The notes beneath the pieces were generated by a model. It was not told where the DNA came from. It searched no databases and saw nothing but the letters and a program-made list of their open reading frames with translations. Positions 25,001 to 37,000 of a DNA stretch of 64,000 nucleotides are shown here, in pieces. This DNA is from Okamejei kenojei (lineage: Eukaryota), in contig CM069153.1 of the NCBI GenBank assembly GCA_035221665.1, positions 30,070,001 to 30,134,000 on the forward strand. Direction: 5' to 3'. Position 1 is the stretch's first letter, and each line of letters starts with the position of its first letter. The translations under genes were made by a program, and so were the position numbers.

Positions 25001-28000
25001 TGTTTTAAAGAAGGAACTGTTTCCCTGATCCCTGACCAGTCTGAAGAAGGGTCGTCGCCTATCTCCTTCGCTCCTTAGATGCTGCTGCACCCGCTGAGTT
25101 TCTCCAGCCTTTTGTGTTCCCTGGTATCATTAAGTTGCGCCTTTCCCTCACCGATCAGTGTTTTACTTCACACACAATGCATCCAGAGTTGCACATTTTT
25201 TTGGTCCAAAAATATTTTATATTTTAAATATTTAATAGACATTTGAGCAGGTAAATGGATGGGAAAGGTTTGGAGGGATAGGGGGCAAATGGAGGCAGGG
25301 TAGGCTCGTGTGGATAAGTCATCAATGGAGCATCTATTCCTCTATTCTTTTACATTAGTTCCTTTCCTGTCAGTGAAACTGACCACAGTCTAGGTCTTTC
25401 GATTGGGGAATTCATTGAATACAAGGTAATGTACAACGTACGTACAAACACTGGCCCGTATACTCAACAACCCGTCTGGCCTGTACGCTCTGCAACGTAC
25501 AAACACTCTGCTCCGTACACTCTGCAACGTGCAAACTCTCTGGCTCCGCAGATGAGCCGGCGACTGCATGTACTTGGAATCACAATATTTCCAGATTTCT
25601 TCCAAGGTTTGAGGTGGAACTGGCTGGGAAATGTTGACATTTATCCCACGTCCTCTGGGCCATGGCACAAACACTGAGGTCTCTAATTTGATGGCATGAA
25701 TCTGCTGGGGGTTCTCTCACTGTGATCTGAGGTTGGACAAACCTGCTGACGTCCTCAACACTTAACACTGGGGAATCACCTTCCTGAGGCAGAGTCAGGT
25801 TGGAGCAAGCCCAGAAGATTACTGTCTTCAGTTAATTAACTCTATCGCTAAAGCATTTTTTACAGCTTTTAAACTAACTGTATTTGCTTTGATGATTTTC
25901 ATTATTTTACAAAGTATTTTATAGATGTTCCGAAATGGTTGAATTGCTTATTTTTTGATTTAAACAAAAAAATGTCAATTGTGTTTGAATGGTTTTCAAA
26001 TGTTCTCAATTGAATTGATTGATACAACATGGAAACAGGCCCTTCGGCCCACCCTGTCCACGCTGACCACGGATCAATGTTCACACTAGTTCTGTGTTAT
26101 CCCACTGTCTTGTTAACTCCAAACAATTTACAGGGGCCAATTAACTTACAAACCTGCACTTCTTTGGAATGTGGGAGGAAACCAGGGCACCCAGAGTAAA
26201 ACCACGTGGTCACAGGAAGAACGTGCAAACTCCACACTGACAGCACCTGAGGTCAGGATCGAAGCCGGGTCTTCAAAGTTGTTAGGCAGCAGCCCCACCG
26301 GTTTTCAGAAACATTTGAAGTCCTCGACAACCCACAAAGCCAGAGGAGTGAATTTTCAGATGTGAAAGGTTTCCAGCCATGTTCTGACCAGCTTTAGTCA
26401 GGTTCGCCCAGGCGATAACAATGGCCGATGCCACCCACGGCCCTGCTCTGTTGCCAGACTTTAACTGATCAGCAAGTCACTGCTGAGAGATGTAGTGTTT
26501 GCCCGTACAGCGCCAGAGACCCGGGTTCAATCCTGACTATGGGTGCTGTTTGTACAGAGTTTGTATGTTCTCCCTGTGAAAATGTGGGTTCCTCCGGTTT
26601 CTTCCCACATTCCAAAGACACACAGCTTTGTAGTTTAATTGGCTTCGGTAAAAATGGTAAAATGTCCCTAGTGTGTAGGATAGTGTCCAAAGTGCATATA
26701 TACTTGGTGGGCCGAAGGGCTGGTTTCTGCACTGTAGCTCTAAAGTCTAAAGTGTAAAGATCCCTGACGTGTATGTATGAAGCTTCCCCGTGTTATTTGG
26801 GAGCGTTCTGCTGATTGAAGTCAAAGACAAAATACAGGTGCATGGAAAAAAATTAACAACTACTCTTGTCTCAAACTGAGAGACAGGGACCTTTCAAAGT
26901 CAAGGGAACAAATTAAGGTGCAGTGAAATTCGAATTCCCATGCAGCCACACTGATGAATAAAGCAGATTGTATTTTTTCCATACTCTATTGAATGACGAA
27001 CCTTGCTCATCATTCACCCCTTAACTGTAAGTGCCTGTGTGTACTGTACCTGAGACTAATTACCTGTCCCACTTGCCGATTTTTTCGGCGGCTGCCAGTG
27101 TCATTGACTGACGTATCAGGGTCGCCGAAAAATTTTGAACATTTCAAAATCTAGCGGCGACAAAATAAATGTTGCGACACCTGAGGAAACACCGAGCGTC
27201 AATACGTCGTCATGCTGTGTCACGCTGCATCACGGCGCGACTTTTATGGTGACCTGATGCCGGCAGTCGCCAAAAAAAACGCCAAGTGGGACAGGCCCTT
27301 AAGTGTCTGTGTGTTTAATCTACCCGAGACTGTAAGTGTCTATGTGTGTACTGTACCCAAGCGTGTAAGTGTATGTGTGTTTACTCTACCTGAGCCTCCA
27401 CCAACCAGCGCGAGATGGACGTTTTTCCATCATAGCCAGGCCGAAACTGCAGCGTTACCGAGCGAGGGCCGATGTTCGAGATGGCCAGGTTTGTGGGGGA
27501 GCCAGGTAACTCTGTTGGAACACGCACAGATGACTTGGAAAGGTATTCAATACATTAACAGGGGCTTTAGAAAATGAATCATACACAGACAGCCATGCTG
27601 TTGCATTATGGAGATGTACGTAGATGCAACAGCATTGCACGCTGCCCTCATTGACATTAAACCGGACCAAGGCACCAACGTTTGTAAATAATTTATTTAA
27701 ATTATTTTGGTTAAAAAAAAGGCACCAACATTTCCTCAAGTTGCGAAGTTCCGTTAATCAGATAGCGATCAGAAATTGTTAAAGAATTCTCAAAGTTCTC
27801 ATCTTCTTTCGTTTGTTGATAGAGCATTAAATGAATTATGGGAGCTAACGCATCGTCAGAATGGCAGGCCTGGGGTAGAGGCGGAGAATATTTAATTCAA
27901 TTGCTTGACAAACTGCAAATACAAAGAAGGGCAAAACACCATTTGCTAACTGTATGGACAAATGCACCAAAGTTCTTCATTATTTATTGCAATCCCATTG

Positions 28001-31000
28001 TGATGAAGGTCAACAGAGCATTTCCCATCCCAAATGTGTGCTCTAAACTTTACTTTAGGGATACAGTGCTGAAATAGGCCCACCGAGTCTGCGCCAACCA
28101 GTGATCCCCGTACACTAGCGCTATCCTACAGACTAGAAACAATTTACAATTTATAGAAGCTAATTAACCTACAAACCTGCACGTCTTTTTAGTGTGGGAG
28201 GAAACTGAAGCACCTGGAGAAAACCATGTGGTCACCGGGAGAACGTACAAACTCCCTACAGGCAGCATTCATTGTCAGGATCGAACCCAGGTCTCTGGTG
28301 CTGTAAAGGGCCTGTCCCACCAGCATGCGACTGCATGCGGCGAGCGCGGCCAAACCTGGTGGCTTGAGGCGCACGGACCCGCGGGGCCAGTCCCACTTCC
28401 AACTGCGGAGCCAAATGGTGCTGGTCCCGACATCATACTCACCAATCAGCTGGGCAGGAGGCGGACCGACTGAATTTGGACGTCGCACGGCGTCGTGCGG
28501 TGACGTCGTCACGCAACGGCACGCTGGGCGGTGATGTCATCGCGCAACGCCACGTGCTAGGCATATGCCGTCCAGATGCTGCGTACGGCCTCAATGCGGC
28601 TGCGGGCCGACAGGCCGTTGTCGCGCGGGATTTTTGAACAGTGTCAGTTTTTCGGAGCCCCGCGCGATGTCGGGACCAGCCCCGCACAACTCCATACGGC
28701 TCCGGCGATCGAAGTGGGACCGGCCCCGCGAGGCCGTACGGCTCAAGCGACCACGCTAGGTCGCGTTCGCCGCATGCAGTCACATGCTGGTGGGACAGGC
28801 CCTTAAGGCAGCAACTTGCCCGCTGTGCCACTGTGCTGCTCTCTACTTGAAGCTAACTTTCAGTAAACCCCATAGAACACCCCAAAGCATTGACATATCA
28901 ATATTTAAGAAATACTTTGTCTTTCCATTAAAATGAATAATCTCAGCTCTCCCTACAGTAAGATGCATCTGCAATTTGTCCTTCCACTTAATCTGGAGAT
29001 ACTGGAGACAGCCGATGCTGGAATCTGGAGGAAGAAACAATCTGCTGGAGGAAGTCGGCAAGTCAGGCAGCATCTGTGGAGGCAGAGGGATTTCAACGTT
29101 TTGGGTTGAGACTTTACATCAAGACTGGATGCAGAGTCTCGATCTGAAACGCTGACCATCCGCTGCCTCCACAGATGCTGCCTGACCCGCTGACCATCAC
29201 CAGAACCGGATAAAATCCTACCTGGTGGAACTCCTGAGGAGATGGTGGAAGAGGAGGTCTGGCCTTGACCCTTGGACGTCATGGCTGCCACTTCAATAGT
29301 GTAGGTTGTGAGAGCAGTTAGGCCGGTGACTCTGTAGCCTAGTGTTACGTTTGCCAGGTAGTGTGTCACACGCGTGTTTGTGCGATTGTACTCCTCCCAA
29401 GATATGCGGTAACCTAGACAGAAATACCAGCACATAGAAACATAGAAAATAGGTGCAGGAGTAGGCCATACGGACCTTCGAGCCTGCACCGCCATTCAAT
29501 ATGATCATGGCTGATCATCCAACTCAGTATCCTGTACCTGCCTTCCCTCCATACCCCCTGATCCCCTTAGCCACAAGGGCCACATCTAACTCCCTCTTAA
29601 ATATAGCTAATGAACTGGCCTCAACTACCTTCTGTGGCAGAGAATTCCAGAGATTCACCACTCTCTGTGGGAAAAATGTTTTTCTCATCTCGGTCCTAAA
29701 AGACTTCCCCCTTATCCTTAAACTGTGACCCCTTGTTCTGGACTTCCTCAACATCGGGAACAATCTTCCTGCATCTAGCCTGTCCAACCCCTTAAGAATT
29801 TTGTAAGCTTCTATAAGATCCCCCCTCAATCTTTTAAATTCTAGCAAGTACATGCCGAGTCTATCCAGTCTTTCTTTATATGAAAGTCCTGACATCCCAG
29901 GAATCAGTCTGGTGAACCTTCTCTGTACTCCATCTATGGCAAGAATGTCTTTCCTCAGATTAGGAAACTAAAACTACGCAATACTCCAGGTGTGGTCTCA
30001 CTAAGACCCTGTACAACTGATACTTGGACATGGATACTTAGACACAGGGAACTGCAGATGCTGGTTTACAAAAAAAACGCACCAAGTGCTGGAGTAACTC
30101 AGCGGTCTGGCAGTACCTCTGGAGAACATGGATATGTGACGGTTCGGGTGAGGACCCTTCTTCAGACCTCTTGCACTGATACTTACGGTGTTACACATCA
30201 GACGTTGTGATGATGGAAATAACTGTTGTGCAAAATAGAAACACAAATTTGGAGCTCCGTTACTGCCACAGAAATTTATTGTAAGGTTTGCTCTTGATTC
30301 TTCTTCCACTCTTTAATCCAGTTCTTTGTCCAATGCTCCTCAGAACCACTCGAAAATCCACTTTTGTGCAATTTGCCCACATACCATTCCCATTTGGAAT
30401 GTAAAAAATAATTGTAGAATGCGGATTTACATTAGTGAAATCAAACTTTGAATCTTCTGACCTGTGAGAATCCCATTCTTTTCGTGCGGCTCTCTCCAGC
30501 TGACTTTGAGCGAAGTGTCCAGGATCTCCGTGAAACTGAGATGTCCGATTGGACCAGGGTCTAAAGAGTGAGCAAATCAACAGCCTGTCAACAACGCTGG
30601 AGGCACAAAGAATTGCAAGTGCTAGATCTTGAACAAAATGCAAAGTGCTGAAGGACCTCAGCGGGTTGGGTAGCATCTGTGGAGGGAATGGACAGATGAT
30701 GTTCGGGTCAGGACCCTTTTTCAGACTTCGGATCGGTATGAAGGAGGTCCTGACTCGAAACATTGCTTGTCCATTCCCTCCGCAGATGATGCCTGACCCG
30801 CTGAGTTACTCCAGCACTTTGTGTTTGGCTTTCAAAGCTGCCCCATTAGGGACCACTTGGTGTAACGTTCCATACTGCAGGGACCCTCAAATATGGTCAA
30901 ACATGAGGACACAATGAGCAGCTGGGATCAAAGGGAAGGAGGTGGGGTAGGACCAGGGGTCAATGAGGGAAGTAGTAAACCTGGGGTCAATGGGGGAGGT

Positions 31001-34000
31001 GGTAAGAACTGGGCACGAATAGAAGGGGTGGGAAACTGCTGTTAGGTGACAGATCCTATTGATGTGTATTCTCCTGCTTTGCCTGTGAAATTTAACATCC
31101 ATTTGCCTTTACTTCTCCAGGTTTAACTTTGTATTTGCTGATTAAGAATAGAAAGTTCGGAATTTGTGGAATTCTCTACCTCAGAAGGCAGTGGAGGCCG
31201 ATTCACTGGATGCAGTCAAGAGAGAGTTAGATAGAGCTCTTAGGGCTAGCGGAATCTAGGGGTATGGGGAGAAAGCAGGAACGAGGTACTGATTGTGGAT
31301 GATCAGCCATGATCACATTGAATGGACGGTGCTGGCTCGTAGGGCCGAATGGCATACTCCTGCACCTAATGTCTATGTATCTATGATTGTATGCTCTGGA
31401 TTGGCATTAGCCTAGAATTCATTCAATGGACTCTGAATGGATTGTAAAATGTAAGCTATTTAATTTGCGATTATTCGGCCACAATGTGTTAAGCTTGTTA
31501 TTTAGTTTCAGGGCCACTTCTTCTAATGTTCTTGCCTTCAATGCAATTTAGCCAATTGGTGTTGCACTCCAGAGCAAAGATCCTATTGGAGCAAGATAGA
31601 CCACTCTTGCTAAATGCAATGGGCTGACGTGTAGTACGCAACGGAATGGAACGTGAGCCTTTTTTACATCCATTTCCGTAATCGGACCCGACCCGACCCG
31701 ACCCGACTCGCAGTGTAATCAATGTTGCGGGGGAACAGTTTGTGTTAATAAATTAAAATTCTGAAAATGAGGCGAAGATTTTTACCAAATAACTTTTATT
31801 TTTACGAGGATGTTTCCGTAACCGGCTTCCGTCTCCGCACTATTATCCTATGGGATATTTGGTGCGGAGACGGAAGCCGGTTACGGAAATGGGGTCTTAA
31901 ATTACCCACGAATCTGCCCATGACCGTACTACGGCTTTTTCATCGAGTGGACTATCTTGCTCGCTATAGGATCTTTGCTTTAGAGTGGCAAAATGAATGG
32001 CACAAATTAGGAAAAGTAGTGATTGGATTTCAGCTCTGTAACCTGCTTCTTATTTACTCTTGAATTTTGCCATGGACCACAAAGCTTTAACGTAAACAGT
32101 AGTAAACACTGCATGTCAAGTTCAATGTAGATGGGTCAGTGCACAGATGCAAGGGAGTTCATCTGATCATTCACTTTTTCAAATAAGCCAAAGACACATA
32201 AAGTGAAATATTTCACATCCAAAGCATTACGGACTGCTGTTTATTACACTGTTCAGTTTAGTTTAGAGATACAACGTAGAACCAGGCCCTTCCGCTCACC
32301 GAGTTCATGCCGACCAGCGATCCCCACACATTATCTGCTGAACTTATTCCTATCAATTGATTCCATTATTGCGATGGAACTGAGATAAATCTAATGGGTT
32401 TAGCAATAGCTCAGTATGTTTTGCAATATTTTTGGACATTGATATTATATTTACGAAAAACTGTTATTTCTCCTGTTCTCAATGTCTGTCATAGTGATAA
32501 TCAGTTTCACACATCTCCCCACTAATCTCAACACGCTGAGATAAATGCCATTTAACCGGGGATTTATTTGCTTTAAACTCTTTCAACATAACGCTGTGCC
32601 CTCCGGTTAATTGCCTGAGTGGAACTTTTCCACATGCGGTTGTGTACGGGTTACTTTGAAGTCAGAGGAAACAATTTCCAGCCAGCGTCGAGAGGATGTG
32701 AGTGACGACACCTTTGAACCTGATCCGGTCAACGTTTTACGGATTGATTTCCCGTAGGTGATCTTTTGTAGTGATCAGACGCAGGAAACCTGATTATTAC
32801 AGCTGCATCAGATAAAGCAAAAGCATGCAAAAAACAGACGCCATCTGCATCTGGCATCTGCATCGAGTGCAGATTCAATTCTTCATTCCAGAGACTGTTA
32901 ATTTCACTTGCACAACATCAACAGGCATGGACCAGAAGACCACATGAGCCTCTGAACACAAAATGTAAACGCATCTTCCAAATCATCGATGTCAAAACCA
33001 AGGAGGTTAGAACCTCTGTTCCTCCGTTACAAAGCCATCCATTTTTTATGCAGCCAACTACCAAAGTTGTCACCTAATGTACATTTATAACATGTCAAAT
33101 ATGGTAATAAAGTTTCATTCATTCATTCAATCATTCATTCATTCATTCATTCATTCATTCATATATTGAAGGACCCCGTGATACGGGCAAGATACTTACA
33201 ATCTTCATGAGAGCGCACAAGTTGGGGCGGACTCCTGGGGCCGTCCCCTGGGGTGGTGAAGCATAGCACAGAGGTGTAATATTCGGCAAACTTCTTCAAG
33301 CCACGTATGTAACCAACATGGACCATGTCCTGGAAGTTTGGCCGCACGGTCACCATGGTAAAGTCTTCAATCTGACCAGGCTCCCAGGCCAGCAGCTGAA
33401 ATGATAAAACAATTATCAAAGGGAACATCATGGGAAAGCACATGTTTAGTTTAGTTCATTATGGTCACGTGTACGATGATACAGTGAAAAGCTTTTTTGT
33501 TGCCTGCTATCCATTCAGCCGAAAGACTATACATGATTACAATCGAGCTGTCCACAGTGTGAATATAAAGGATAAAGGGAATTAGGTTCAGTGTAAGATT
33601 AAGTCCTGTAATGTCTGATTAAAGATAGTCTGAGGTCCCCAATGAGGTAGATGGCAGCTCAGGACCGTTCTCTAGTTGTTGATAGAAAGGTTCCGTTTCC
33701 TGATAACTGCTGGGAAGACACAGTCCCTGAATCTGGAGCTCCACAAAATGCTGGAGTAACTCAGCGGTACAGGCAGTATCCCAGGAGAACATGGATAGGT
33801 GACGATTCAGATCGCGACCCTTCTTCATCCTGATTGTGTGGGGGTAGCGGGAGGAGAGGGGAAAGGTGGAAGGGAGGAGGAACAGCACAAATTCTGGTTG
33901 GTAATAGGTGAACATAGGTGAGGGGTGGGGGGGGGGGGGGGGGGCTTGACAGGCAGATGGTTGGAGGAAGGCCAGGAGGAGGATGAAAAAACAGAAGGTG

Positions 34001-37000
34001 TGAAACAAATGGATACATGGGACAGGAACAGGTTGTATAACGCACTGCATCCACTAACATTTACTGCAATCATAGGCTAAGTTCCTGTGAATTTCTTGTT
34101 AACTGTAAGCTAAGTGTCTGGTTTCAGGGTTTAATCCCTGGAGGAAGGTGATGGTGAATTTTGCTGAAGATGCTTCTTTCGGTCCCTTAATTGGACAAAC
34201 GGCCATTTTAATGGGAAGCCAATCTTTGTCTTTTTAAGAAGTGTCTTTCCTCATTATCAAACTTGCATAAATATCAGTTATATACTTATGAAGTTACTGC
34301 ACATGTTCAGCACATGGATGGGACATCAAAGTTCCGTGTGGAGTTGTAAGTAATGTAGGTCACGTCATTTAGTCCCGGCTTCCATGGATTAATTAAAGCA
34401 AGGAACCTTTTCTACAATAATTGAGATAAAAGCAGCCTGACTCTCCAAGCCTGTCGTAGTTTGAGCTGCCTACAGTCAAATTATAAAGTTATTTTTAACA
34501 AACAGGAAAGAACAGATTTTACTGCTGAATAATAAAATCGCCAACTTTAAAGCAATCCTTGGTCAAGACTTCCCTGGAAAAGATGGGTGACTGTCATTCA
34601 CAGGAGGATCATACCATAGGGATGTGTCCCAGTGGCTCAGACAGTAATTTCAATGCCTGTGTGTTTCTGTACTGCTGCTATTTACGGTACATGGCTTTAA
34701 CAGCGTGCTCTGTGCATAACAACTCTTCAGACTTCAGTGATACAGCGTAGATTTAGGCTTTTCGGCCCACGGAGCCCATGCCAACCAGCGATTACCCCGT
34801 GATCAATTTACAGGAATGAAAAACCGTATGCATATTAAATTGTTAATGGCCTTGCAGGTTTGCTGACAAATTTACTTGCCAACTGTGGTCAAAGAATTGA
34901 TGAGCGCAATTAACATTCGAATAATGTGCTGAACTTGGAATTAATCAAATTTTCAGCCCCGCAACTGGAAATAGGATCAATTCACCAGCTCCACACATGT
35001 TCTGCTTTGCTTTGAATCAGCGGGGTCATGTCACACTGATGGGCAAGATGCTCCAAGGGGATTTTCCACATTTACCTCATTAGTCACGGATGTCCACAGC
35101 CCTCCTTCTCATTCATTGTAGAAGTTTACAGCAGAGGAGGGGGCTTTTGCAAGGCGATGTGTCTGCATTGACTCACTCAGCTCCACCTCTGAATGCTGCC
35201 CAACCCTCTACTTTTAAACATTGCTTTGAACATTCATCTAATTTTCCTTGGAAAGAGATTGTGATCTTCCTCTGAAACTTCCCTTTATTTTAAAAACACT
35301 CCTTGCTCCAAACCCCAACCAGGTAAAAAAGCATCTTCCAACATGCCTCCTCGGTGATGAGTTGACACCAAGCACTCCTCCCAGTTATTCTCCCGTCAGA
35401 GAAAATCACCTTTCCACCTTCATCCAATTAAAACTTTTTAGATTTTTAAAAGCCACCGTAAAATTTCAATTTAAATCTCTTTTGTTCCAGAGGATTCTTT
35501 TTTTGCTAATATAATTACCCATCTCATGTTATCCTGGAGAATCTGTTTCACGTTCCCTTTGTTGTTCTCATTGCCGTTGTTGTCCTCTCCATAACTTGGT
35601 GCAAACAAAATACCTAAGGGTTTGTATTCTGACCAATATCCGTTTAAAAGGCACTGTTGTTCTTACAGTGCAAGAAGGAACTGCAGATGCTGGTTTAAAC
35701 CGAAGATGGACACAAACAGCTGGTGTAACTCAACGGGACAGGCAGCATCTCTGGAGAGAAGGAATGGGTGACGTTTTGGGTCAAGACCCTTCCTCAGACT
35801 GGTCAGGGATTAGGGAAATGAGAGATAAAGAAGGTGATGTGGAGAGATAAAGAACAATAAATAAAAGATCTGCAAAAAAGTAACAATGATAAAGGTAAGC
35901 TGCTTGTAGGGTGAAAATGAGAAGAAAGTGTGCCTTGGGTGGGGGAGGGTTAGAGAGTGATGGAATGCCAGGGCTACCTGAACGGAGAGGAATCAAATAT
36001 TCATTCCACTGGGCTGTAAGCTGCCCAAGCGAAATATGTTCCTCCATGACAATGGAGGAGACAGGGGACAGAAAGGTGTGTGTAGGAATGGGAAGGAGAA
36101 TTAAAGTGTCCAGCAACCGGGAGATTGGGTTGGTTCAAGCGGGCTGAGCGAAGGTGTGCCGCAAAACAATCGTCCAGTCTGCGTTTGTTCTCGGCGGAGT
36201 GTAAGAGTCCACATCTTGAACAAAGGATATTGGAGGAGCTGCAAGTGAACCACTGCCAAACCTGAAAGGACTGTCGGGGTCTCAGGACAGAGTCGTGGGA
36301 GGAGGTACAGCGACAGGTGCTGCATCTTCTGTGGTTGCAGGGGAATGTACCTGGGGAGGGGGTGGTTTGGGTGGGAAGGGATGAGTTAACCAGGGAGTTG
36401 CAGAGGGAACGGTCTGTGCAGAAGGCGGAAAGGGGTGGAGATGAGAAAATGTGGCTAGTGGTGGGATCCCGTTGGAGGTGGTGGAAATTTCGGAGGATTA
36501 TGTGTTGTATGCGACGGCTAATGAGGTGGAAGGTAAGAACTAGGGGGATTCTGTCTCTATTGCGACTAGGGGGTTGGGGAAGCCAGGGCAGAGCTGCGGG
36601 GTACCGAGGAGACACGAGTGGGGGCTTCATCTATGATGGGAGAGGACATCTCGGATGTTCTAGTATGGAACACCTCATCTTGGGTGCAGATGCAGTGTAG
36701 ATGGAGGAATTGGAAAGGGGGATAGAGTCTTTGCAGGAAGCAGGGTGGGAAGAATAGTTGTGTGAGTCAGTGGGTTTGCAATAGACGTCAGTCAATAGTC
36801 TATTTCCTGGATGGAGACGGTGAGATCAAGAAAGGGGAGGGAGGTGTTGGAGATGGCCCAAGTAAATTTGAATGCAGGATGAAAATTGGTGATGAAGTTG
36901 ATGAAGTCTATGAGTTCTGCATGGGTGCAGGAGGTAGCACCGATGCAGTCATCAATGTAACGGAGATAGAGTTTGGGGATAGGGCCAGTGTATGCCTAGA

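Noticed and set aside
25429-25677. 82-aa plus-strand ORF as a nested antisense micro-gene
   Set aside because: Overlaps a degenerate tandem repeat; no recognisable homology, promoter or splice support.
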